Source: a virus (taxonomy: Duplodnaviria; Heunggongvirae; Uroviricota; Caudoviricetes). From it: a DNA stretch of 40,527 nucleotides. Positions 17,971 through 24,923 of this stretch are shown here, one piece after another. Position numbers and translations under genes: made by a program. The notes beneath the pieces are model-generated. The model did not search any database, had not been told where the DNA came from, and was given only the letters and a program-made list of their open reading frames with translations. The DNA lies in the IMG/VR virus record IMGVR_UViG_3300047444_000069, positions 128,001 to 168,527 of that record. One strand, given 5' to 3'. Within the stretch, counting starts at the first letter, position 1. Every line of letters begins with the position of its first letter.

Positions 17971-18041
17971 TCTGGCGTAGTTTAATGGTAGAACGGGCGG
18001 TCAGAAAGCCGCTTATGAAGGTTCGACCCCTTCCGCCACGA
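17971..18041 (+). tRNA. Degenerate or pseudo tRNA (undetermined anticodon)
   Basis: Normal D and T arms, but anticodon loop is 6 or 8 nt (TCAGAAAG), acceptor stem imperfect, no CCA. Confidence 0.55.
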
Positions 18042-18069
18042 TTAACAAAAACTAGATGATGTAGAGAAG

Positions 18070-18237
18070 ATGAAGACGCATCAACAAGTCAGTCAGATGC
18101 GACTGACGGAGAATCGACTTGGAATTGTGCCGTTGTCCATTGAGGACTACGAACGACTCAAGAAGCATTATAAAGGACAGGAAACTGTCGAGACTGACCA
18201 GTACGGCAACATCATCAAGTCGTACACCCTACACTGA
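18070..18237 (+). CDS. Small hypothetical protein (55 aa)
   Basis: MKTHQQVSQMRL...; purine-rich upstream sequence. Confidence 0.45.
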   Translation: MKTHQQVSQMRLTENRLGIVPLSIEDYERLKKHYKGQETVETDQYGNIIKSYTLH

Positions 18238-18252
18238 GAAAAGGAATATCTG

Positions 18253-18459
18253 ATGTCCCGTCAATCAAAACAAGTCAAGAACGCAGCACGCGCCAAGAAC
18301 TTCAAGAACGGTGGTCCCGCAAAGACCACGGCAGTTCATGGCAAAGACCCCGCCAAGCGCATCTACACGGCGCGTAGCCGGTCGCTGTCAGAGTTCCAAG
18401 CCAAGGGCAAGGAAGCCCGCAAATCGGCTGGTAAGCCGTCTGGTGGTCGCAGCAAGTAA
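18253..18459 (+). CDS. Small very basic hypothetical protein
   Basis: AAGGA RBS; K/R-rich 68 aa. Confidence 0.6.
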   Translation: MSRQSKQVKNAARAKNFKNGGPAKTTAVHGKDPAKRIYTARSRSLSEFQAKGKEARKSAGKPSGGRSK

Positions 18460-18470
18460 CGAATCTTCAC

Positions 18471-18674
18471 CCGTCGCACACTGGCTTCGCTTGTATTGAT
18501 GCAGTGTGGCAGTGATTTGTACGCTAGGACGGTATGCGTGCAGTCGAAACCCTGACCGATCTTAGTGGCGGATGGCGCGTCAAGCACAGGGAAATTTAAA
18601 GCCGGATTGGTTCTCCTTATCGGACCAAAGGTGTGCGTGATACTAGGCGGTAGTGATGTGCTAGTTCGCATACC
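18471..18674 (+). ncRNA. Putative structured ncRNA upstream of tRNA-Ser
   Basis: GGTATGCG(18531)/CGCATACC(18667) closes internal stems CCCTG/CAGGG, TTGGTTC/GGACCAA and ACTAG/CTAGT. Confidence 0.45.
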
Positions 18675-18678
18675 TTCT

Positions 18679-18768
18679 GGCGGGATGGTAGAGCGGCTGA
18701 ATACACCGGTCTTGAAAACCGGCGAAGGTGAAAGCCTTCCGTGAGTTCGAATCTCACTCCCGCCGCCA
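18679..18768 (+). tRNA. tRNA-Ser(UGA)
   Basis: 90-nt cloverleaf with long variable arm, CCGGT-CT-TGA-AA-ACCGG, CCA end. Confidence 0.95.
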
Positions 18769-18777
18769 GAATTCAAC

Positions 18778-18866
18778 GGTCGCTGCATGGTTGCTTCATG
18801 ATGATAATGGTTCACTCACAGGCGTCGTGAACTTCATCTACCGGTTCGATTCCGGTGCGATCACCA
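18778..18866 (+). ncRNA. tRNA-like RNA with a non-canonical anticodon arm
   Basis: GGTCGC/GCGATC acceptor plus ACCA; ACCGG-TTCGATT-CCGGT T arm; GTTCAC/GTGAAC stem with an 11-nt loop. Confidence 0.6.
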
Positions 18867-18893
18867 AGACAACTAAACTGAGTAGAAAACTAG

Positions 18894-19100
18894 ATGCGAG
18901 TAGAACAAAACGATGTGGTCCAGTTTCAACCGTTGACGGTTCATCTGGAAACGCAGCATGAAGTCGATACGTTCAAGCAGTTGGTTCATATGGCGTATCA
19001 AGAATCGCATTCAGGTACGGACATCGAAGCACTGGCCGACAAGCTGCGTGACATGCTGGACGCCACTGGTGGTTGGCAATCTTCGTCGTATAACTGCTAA
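18894..19100 (+). CDS. Hypothetical protein
   Basis: ORF between RNA genes. Confidence 0.55.
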   Translation: MRVEQNDVVQFQPLTVHLETQHEVDTFKQLVHMAYQESHSGTDIEALADKLRDMLDATGGWQSSSYNC

Positions 19101-19109
19101 GGACTGGCG

Positions 19110-19307
19110 ATGAATGAGAATTGGATTTACTTTCAAGTCGATGTGGACATGGGTATCCGTCTGGTCCCAGATGCGAAGATCGAAGACTACATCGGCTACT
19201 ACGATGGTCGTTTGTTCCGTACCAACGGTGTCGTGGTTCAAGCGTCTTACATCAACTCCGATGATTCGACGGAATGGAAGGAAGCCGTAGTTGATGAAGT
19301 GCTGTAG
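19110..19307 (+). CDS. Hypothetical protein
   Basis: AAGGA RBS. Confidence 0.6.
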   Translation: MNENWIYFQVDVDMGIRLVPDAKIEDYIGYYDGRLFRTNGVVVQASYINSDDSTEWKEAVVDEVL

Positions 19308-19327
19308 ATTCTCAAAATCTTCGTTTG

Positions 19328-19335
19328 TATAAATA
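19328..19335 (+). promoter_or_regulatory. T4-type late promoter
   Basis: TATAAATA upstream of tRNA-Met. Confidence 0.7.
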
Positions 19336-19352
19336 GACAACCGAAACGATTT

Positions 19353-19426
19353 CGCGGGTTCCGATAGTCGGACGCAGGGTTCATATCCCTGTCTGGGAGA
19401 AGGAGCGTTACCTTCGCCCGCTACCA
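19353..19426 (+). tRNA. Atypical initiator-type tRNA-Met(CAU)
   Basis: C1:U72 mismatch, GGG/CCC anticodon stem, TT-CAT-AT loop, CCA end; unusual D arm and AGCGTTA T loop. Confidence 0.7.
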
Positions 19427-19431
19427 AACAA

Positions 19432-19625
19432 GTCTTGACGTTCCGTTCAAGTGGGCCTTGTACTCCCACTTTCCTTTACACAGTCTCTAGGGATAATGGC
19501 AGGGAACGTAGGTCAAGACGGTACACGCTGCGACTCAGGTAGCGTCAAAACACTGAGGCTATTTTCAAGGATGTTGTATCCGCTGATGTTGAGTGCGGAC
19601 AGGCAAGCGAAACCTACATCATCCT
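19432..19625 (+). ncRNA. Putative structured RNA(s) between tRNA-Met and tRNA-Asn
   Basis: GTCTTGAC-GTTCC/GGAAC-GTCAAGAC multibranch, an H-type pseudoknot at 19525-19557 and an AGGATG/CATCCT domain. Confidence 0.4.
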
Positions 19626-19629
19626 CAAT

Positions 19630-19705
19630 TCCTCGGTAGCTCAGTTGGTAGAGCAAACGACTGTTAATCGTTAGGTCACACGTTCGAGCCGTGTCCGGGG
19701 AGCCA
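19630..19705 (+). tRNA. tRNA-Asn(GUU)
   Basis: 76-nt canonical cloverleaf, CT-GTT-AA loop, GCCA end. Confidence 0.95.
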
Positions 19706-19733
19706 AACATACATGACAAGTTAGGAATACACA

Positions 19734-19952
19734 ATGAGCAACGCGCAACGTCAACGTGTCTGGGATGCAACCAATCATGGCCTCTGGCTGTCGCTGGATA
19801 ACATCTCCACGGTAACAGGTGATCCGGTTCAAAGCGTCTCTGCCCGTCTGCGAGACTTCCGCAAAGAGAAGTTCGGTGGACATACAGTGGAACGTCGCAA
19901 GGTCGAAGACAACCTGTATCAGTATCGCGTGATTCCTAACGCTGTTCACTAG
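19734..19952 (+). CDS. Small winged-helix-like DNA-binding protein
   Basis: WLSLDNIS..TGDPVQSVSARLRDFRK..GG HTH-like pattern; AGGA RBS. Confidence 0.6.
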   Translation: MSNAQRQRVWDATNHGLWLSLDNISTVTGDPVQSVSARLRDFRKEKFGGHTVERRKVEDNLYQYRVIPNAVH

Positions 19953-19993
19953 CAGTACACGTTTGTCAGTATCGGGAAAACTGACGGGATATT

Positions 19994-20068
19994 GCATCTG
20001 TAGCTGAGACGGATTAGCGCGCGCCTGAAAAGCCCGAGAGGATGGATCGTTACCATCTGGATGCACCA
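19994..20068 (+). tRNA. tRNA-Phe(GAA)
   Basis: GCATCTG/TGGATGC acceptor, CT-GAA-AA loop, variant T loop ATCGTTA, CCA end. Confidence 0.8.
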
Positions 20069-20111
20069 TGAATAAAGAACAACAACGAAAGGCCAATACG
20101 GGACGCTAGTT

Positions 20112-20555
20112 TTATAACCGGTCGTCAAAAGTCAGAAACCCCATTTGGATGTAGGTGTGTTTTCGGTGACAATTTGCGCATAAGACGCGGCATTTCTCGA
20201 TTTCGGTTTTTAGACTATCGAGACTTCTTGTGTGACAACCGTTACCTTGGATGTTGAAAGACTTAGTACTCCTATCAAGATGATCGAATTCGAGTACTCG
20301 CGGGTCGGATTCTCCACAAGCTTCGCATGGATGTTCTAAGAGATAGTTCCACAAATATTCGGAATTCCTCAGTTTTGAACGAAGACCGGAATCTTTTGTG
20401 GACTTAACCCTAGAAGGTCGGTCCTTCGTTTCGCGATAGTTAGAACTGAAACATTCTTTGCACCAAGAAGATAACGTCCCCTTTCTTTTATTTTTGAACG
20501 GGAACAGTTCCAAGGGTTTGTTGGATTCACATTTCGTGCAAGTTTTTGACGACAT
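20112..20555 (-). mobile_element. Free-standing HNH homing endonuclease
   Basis: CxxC pairs, CEACGESDPRVLEFDH...EKCRVLCANCHRKH; AT-richer than its flanks; start at 20555 or 20570. Confidence 0.85.
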
Positions 20556-20585
20556 GGTTTTATAAAACATTTGATTGTAAAACCA

Positions 20586-20592
20586 TATTTAG
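20586..20592 (-). promoter_or_regulatory. Late promoter variant CTAAATA for the HNH gene
   Basis: Minus strand ACTAAATA abutting a 12-bp inverted repeat that covers the ATG. Confidence 0.5.
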
Positions 20593-20604
20593 TCTTTTAT
20601 AGAA

Positions 20605-21546
20605 ATGCAAAATAGTAAGCTTTATGTTGTAGCGGTAATGTCGAACCCGGTCAGATACGAAAGTCGCGTCCGACTGTTTCATGAGTTCGCAGAGCGCATG
20701 GAGAACACTCCGAACGTACAGTTGATTCGGGTAGAACATGCCCTCGGTCGTCGGCCCCATGAAGTGACCGATCAGAAGTGTCCGTGGCATGTTCAGTTGA
20801 GAGGCGGTTCGGAATACGAACTGTGGATCAAAGAAGGTATGATCAATGCCGGTCTGAAACACTTGTACAAGATGGACCCAAATTGGGAATACGTCGCGTG
20901 GGTCGATGCCGACATCGCGTTTGATGATCCTGATTGGGCGCTGGAAACGATGCACGCACTTCAGCATTACCAAGTCGTGCAACCGTGGTCGATGTCGTAT
21001 GACGTTGGTCCCGATGGTAAGACTGTGATTCACCAAGCTTCATCGTTCGGTAGTGATTATGCACAACAGAACAAGCGCAAGCCGTGGGCACCTTACGCAG
21101 AGACGTATCATCCGGGCTACGCATGGGCAGCAACGCGTGAACTGATCGACGGACTTGGCGGCAAGCTGATTGATTGGTGTCCTCTGGGCGCTGGTGATCA
21201 CCACATGGCCCATGCCTTCACTGGCAACGTCTGGGCGGCTGTGGACCCGAAATTGGGCGCTGGTTATCGTCGTCGTGCTTCACAGTTCCAAATGTTGTGT
21301 GATCGGTATGTGAAACAAAATTTCGGTTATGTCGAAGGCGGTATCCGACATTTCTGGCATGGTCCGAAGCGCAAGCGTTATTACATCGAGCGCAACGACA
21401 TCCTGATTCGCAATCGTTATGACCCGGATTGGGACATTTCGGTCGATCATAATGGCGTGCCGTTCCTGACCGATGGTAAGCCGCAGTTTCAGCAAGAGAT
21501 TCGCCTGTACTTCCGGGCAAGAGACGAAGACAGTCAAGAACTGTAA
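20605..21546 (+). CDS. Putative GT-A fold glycosyltransferase
   Basis: KEGMIN, YVAWVDADI (DxD), GYAWA, GAGD and HFWHG motifs. Confidence 0.65.
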   Translation: MQNSKLYVVAVMSNPVRYESRVRLFHEFAERMENTPNVQLIRVEHALGRRPHEVTDQKCPWHVQLRGGSEYELWIKEGMINAGLKHLYKMDPNWEYVAWVDADIAFDDPDWALETMHALQHYQVVQPWSMSYDVGPDGKTVIHQASSFGSDYAQQNKRKPWAPYAETYHPGYAWAATRELIDGLGGKLIDWCPLGAGDHHMAHAFTGNVWAAVDPKLGAGYRRRASQFQMLCDRYVKQNFGYVEGGIRHFWHGPKRKRYYIERNDILIRNRYDPDWDISVDHNGVPFLTDGKPQFQQEIRLYFRARDEDSQEL

Positions 21547-21584
21547 GTAGTACAAGGGATGCGGTCAGTCGCCCAATGTAAAAC

Positions 21585-21725
21585 ATGACTGATGCCTACA
21601 ACCAGATCGAACCGTCGTTGGTTGAGTCAGAAGAAAGGTTCTTCGATGTCGAACATCTGTGTGTTTATCACATCGACATAGGGATGGAACGTGCGCGTGC
21701 AACTATCCCTTATGCGAGATATTGA
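21585..21725 (+). CDS. Small hypothetical protein (46 aa)
   Basis: Open frame MTDAYNQIEPSL...; weak RBS. Confidence 0.3.
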   Translation: MTDAYNQIEPSLVESEERFFDVEHLCVYHIDIGMERARATIPYARY

Positions 21726-21727
21726 AT

Positions 21728-21942
21728 TGGTGTTTAGACGTTCATCTTGATAAAACGTCCTATACGGGTGCGATGCCCATATCGAAGTTCTGACAGTGTA
21801 GGAACTGTTACCCGGTGTGGTATCCGGGAGAAGCGAATAAGACTGTGTTTTGAAGCGATCTGATCGTAGGCCGCACAGTGAATACCTTCAGTTGGTGACG
21901 ATTCCATGACTTCGACTAGTTTCCCCTCAGTAGTACTAACCA
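21728..21942 (+). ncRNA. Putative 215-nt CCA-ended structured ncRNA
   Basis: TGGTGTT/AGTACTA closing stem plus ACCA; multiple internal helices. Confidence 0.5.
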
Positions 21943-21955
21943 AGGATAGCTACAA

Positions 21956-23104
21956 ATGATTTCAATTACATCGCCCTCGCAAGGTCAAGTCCTTCCGGCT
22001 GGATCGAATAGCGTCGTTGTGCAAGGCACGTCAACGCAATCGATCAACGGAGTTCCGCTTGCGGCGCAATCGTTTTCATATTCACAAGACATCAGCGGCA
22101 TCGCCGGTCCTATCACTGTGACGGCAACGAACAGTGCTGGTGATAAGGCATCGCTGCAAATCACCAAGCAATACCCTACGCCGACCATCGGCTTCTGGGG
22201 TGTCAACGGTCATATCGGTTGGGGCGCACCATATACGAACCAAGCGGCACAGGCTAACGCCCTTGTCGATCTGGGAATGAAGTCGTATCGCAATGGCTAT
22301 AGTATCGGCGCACTGGCTACATTCAAGAACTTCATTAACACTTACGCGTTGCCGAATGGTATCGCGGTGTATCCGGTCCTTCTGCCTGACGTTGGAACCG
22401 TGTCGAATGAGGCTGACGCCTACAGTATGGGATTCAACCTTGGTTCGGAAGCTGCTGGCCTGAAGGGTCTGGTGACGGCCTACGAGATTTGCAACGAACT
22501 CGATTCATGGTGCATTCTCGGTGGTCAGTACAACGGCGACATCGCTTCGCATTACGACAACGCTAAGTACCAAATTGCACGCGGTGCGATTCGTGGCATC
22601 ATCGCCGGTATCAAGTCACTTGATTTGACCGCAAAGATCGTTGGTGTAGCGGGCAACTGGCTGCACTATGGCTTCAGCGACATGCTGCGCAACGGCACGC
22701 AACCTGACGGAACAACAGGCCATCCGACTGTCGATTGGGACATCACTTCGTGGCACTGGTACAGTGACATGGGCGACATCGAGAAGGCTGGTTGGATCAA
22801 CTCGAACGTGCTTCAACATATCGCAAGCTACGGCAAGCCGATCTGGATCACGGAGTATGGTGTTCGCGGTAGCTTCAGTGGTGACGAGAACGTTCGGACT
22901 GCTTATCTGACAGGCGCAACGTGCATGGCCGATTGGTCGAGCAAGCGTAGCCAGTACAACATCCAGCACGTCGCGATGTACGAACTGTTTGATGATGGTC
23001 GCGCTGGTGATGAAGGTATGTTCGGTCTGGTGTTGAACGATGCAGTGACACCGAAGCCGATCCGATATGCGGCAGTGAAGTCTTTCGTAGCAAGTCATCC
23101 GTGA
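21956..23104 (+). CDS. Glycoside hydrolase-like protein (clan GH-A TIM barrel) with an N-terminal Ig-like segment
   Basis: FWGVNGH, YEICNE (acid/base), SWHWY, KPIWITEYG (nucleophile) and FGLV motifs. Confidence 0.7.
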   Translation: MISITSPSQGQVLPAGSNSVVVQGTSTQSINGVPLAAQSFSYSQDISGIAGPITVTATNSAGDKASLQITKQYPTPTIGFWGVNGHIGWGAPYTNQAAQANALVDLGMKSYRNGYSIGALATFKNFINTYALPNGIAVYPVLLPDVGTVSNEADAYSMGFNLGSEAAGLKGLVTAYEICNELDSWCILGGQYNGDIASHYDNAKYQIARGAIRGIIAGIKSLDLTAKIVGVAGNWLHYGFSDMLRNGTQPDGTTGHPTVDWDITSWHWYSDMGDIEKAGWINSNVLQHIASYGKPIWITEYGVRGSFSGDENVRTAYLTGATCMADWSSKRSQYNIQHVAMYELFDDGRAGDEGMFGLVLNDAVTPKPIRYAAVKSFVASHP

Positions 23105-23110
23105 TTTAAA

Positions 23111-23346
23111 GAATGTGGCGGCATTATCCGTCAAGGGGCTTCAGTGTCTTCACTGAAGTACCCGGCCAAATTCCAAAGTCTCGCACTAATCCCATGATGT
23201 AAATGGGTCCGGGACGGAATAAGAGTGAAGATGGGGACGCCCTGAAAGTCGTCGGCTGTGTAAATCGTTTGGGAGGGGTGTCGTGACTGCCAGCATCGAA
23301 AGGTGAGATTTACAAACGGCGCTTCGGACGTGGATTGGACCTATTC
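23111..23346 (+). ncRNA. Putative structured ncRNA (about 235 nt)
   Basis: ORF-free; GCTTCAGTG/CACTGAAGT, GTCTCG/CGGGAC, CCCAT/ATGGG, TGTAAATC/GATTTACA and CATC-GAAA-GGTG. Confidence 0.45.
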
Positions 23347-23380
23347 ATAAAGTCTGGTTCACGTACCGGGATTGTAGTAC

Positions 23381-23785
23381 ATGATCACAACCAACAACAA
23401 AGAGATTATGGGTTATCAAAGCGCACTTGAAGCGGCTGGCGCGAAGGTTCTGACGTATCGCGCATTCGGCAGCTATCAAGGTGATTGGTACGCGAAGGTC
23501 GAGTACCAAGGTGAAGAAGGTTGGGTTCAGGGTTCCTATGGTTCCTGTTCCTTCTGTGATTCGTTCGAACGCGAGTTTGACTATTCGTATGGCGATGAAG
23601 AAGGCGAAAGCCAAGAAGCCTACGAAGAACGCCTGAAGCTGTTTGGCGAAGGGTATCTGACCTGTGTCACGCCGCAAGAACAACAAGAACAAATCCTCGA
23701 AACATACATCCGCGAAGATTCGTACTTCGGTGATGAAGCCCAAGAAATTCTGGACTACGTGAAGGAATACGCCAATGCAGTTTAA
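23381..23785 (+). CDS. Hypothetical acidic protein
   Basis: ORF with GSYQGDW and YGSCSFCD; start may be 23408. Confidence 0.65.
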   Translation: MITTNNKEIMGYQSALEAAGAKVLTYRAFGSYQGDWYAKVEYQGEEGWVQGSYGSCSFCDSFEREFDYSYGDEEGESQEAYEERLKLFGEGYLTCVTPQEQQEQILETYIREDSYFGDEAQEILDYVKEYANAV

Positions 23786-24011
23786 GGTAGGCGATGTAGT
23801 TCGATACGACCGCGATCCATGTGAGATGGTTTCGTGGCGTGATAGTGAAACGGGCGCACTGGTTGCTGGACCGCCCGGCTGTCCTGTGACGATCGAAGCT
23901 GTCAACGAACAGACGCGAGAAATCACCGTCATCTGGTTCTATCCCGGATTCGCAGAACTGCAACGCGAAACGTTCCCGTCAGGATACTTCATAAAAGCGA
24001 ATCATAAATAA
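23775..24011 (+). CDS. Hypothetical protein (YodC/DUF2158-like)
   Basis: FKVGDVV...GCPVTI...VIWF...RETFP pattern. Confidence 0.5.
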   Translation: MQFKVGDVVRYDRDPCEMVSWRDSETGALVAGPPGCPVTIEAVNEQTREITVIWFYPGFAELQRETFPSGYFIKANHK

Positions 24012-24307
24012 TGGAAAATCAACACCGCATTATCAAGGGCTATCGTGAATTGAGCGCAGAAGAAATCGCGCTGATGAACGAAGTCAAAGAAGAAGGTCAA
24101 CGTCTGGCTGATCTTCTGAAGAAGGTCGAAGACCACATCAACAAGCAGTACATGGCCGAGTACGACATCCTTCAGGGCGATACGACCGAAGAACTGGATC
24201 GTCTTAACGCGGCTGAACCGTACCGCTGGCTTCAACATGCAGTGGATGAATACAAGACCGCCACGATGAAGCTGGTCCGTGCAGTTGCACAACCGACGAC
24301 ATTCTGA
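24011..24307 (+). CDS. acb2: Anti-CBASS cyclic-oligonucleotide sponge Acb2
   Basis: MENQHRIIKGYRELSAEEIALMNEVKE...NAAEPYRWL...LVRAVAQPTTF matches the Acb2 family termini as I recall them. Confidence 0.85.
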   Translation: MENQHRIIKGYRELSAEEIALMNEVKEEGQRLADLLKKVEDHINKQYMAEYDILQGDTTEELDRLNAAEPYRWLQHAVDEYKTATMKLVRAVAQPTTF

Positions 24308-24420
24308 TGAAGACTCTCGAAGAACTCTGTCAATACGCCGCTGTCTCGAAACGATACTGGCCGTTCCTTGATGCGCATGTGAAGCTGTGGTTCATCATGG
24401 ACAAGCTAGGCAAGGCATGA
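24307..24420 (+). CDS. Small hypothetical protein
   Basis: TGATG and ATGA coupling on both sides. Confidence 0.4.
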   Translation: MKTLEELCQYAAVSKRYWPFLDAHVKLWFIMDKLGKA

Positions 24421-24605
24421 TCGGTCGGCGTAATCACTACGACATGAAACGATTCTCTGCATACAACGAACATACTGGATGGAAGGTGACGAAGCTTTCC
24501 TTAGACACCGACAATCGTATGCTTCGTATTGGCGTCGGAAAGCATGAAGGTAAGTGGTTCTTCCGTGTGGACCTTTGGACCACAGGTTGGCGAATCACTA
24601 AATAG
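24417..24605 (+). CDS. Hypothetical protein
   Basis: Coupled ORF. Confidence 0.5.
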   Translation: MIGRRNHYDMKRFSAYNEHTGWKVTKLSLDTDNRMLRIGVGKHEGKWFFRVDLWTTGWRITK

Positions 24606-24755
24606 TTTCATCGTCGTGTACGGCGCTGAATCCTCAACTGACATGGTATCTCGTCTTATCGAAAAACATGTAGATGGTCGCTATGTCATGATTCGATGCT
24701 TTGTTGCACCGGATAAGTTGACCATCGCATACACCGAACAGTGTCACTACAAAAA

Positions 24756-24923
24756 ATGAAATCATTCGCAGAACTGACATTCGAGCAACAAGAACAGTTG
24801 CGCGCACGCTTGAACGAGTATCACGTTCAAACTGATCCGGTCACGCTTCGTCCGTATGTTCGCTTCATGGGCGAATCGGTTGACTTCCGTTCAATCACGG
24901 CAACCAACATCCTGCTAGGCTAA
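24756..24923 (+). CDS. Hypothetical protein
   Basis: Coupled to the next gene (TAATG). Confidence 0.5.
   Translation: MKSFAELTFEQQEQLRARLNEYHVQTDPVTLRPYVRFMGESVDFRSITATNILLG

Noticed and set aside
19575-19615. Possible hammerhead ribozyme (CTGATG...CGAAAC)
   Set aside because: The core reads CTGATGT rather than CTGANGA, and stems I and III cannot be formed around a cleavage triplet.
20098-20125. Possible tRNA 5' fragment (GGGACGCTAGTTT) interrupted by the HNH gene
   Set aside because: Too short, and no matching 3' half was found on the other side of the HNH gene.
21728-21942. tmRNA or RNase P RNA identity for the CCA-ended RNA
   Set aside because: No GGGG 5' end, G3-U70 pair, terminal T arm or tag ORF, and no GAGGAAAGTCC-type RNase P motif.
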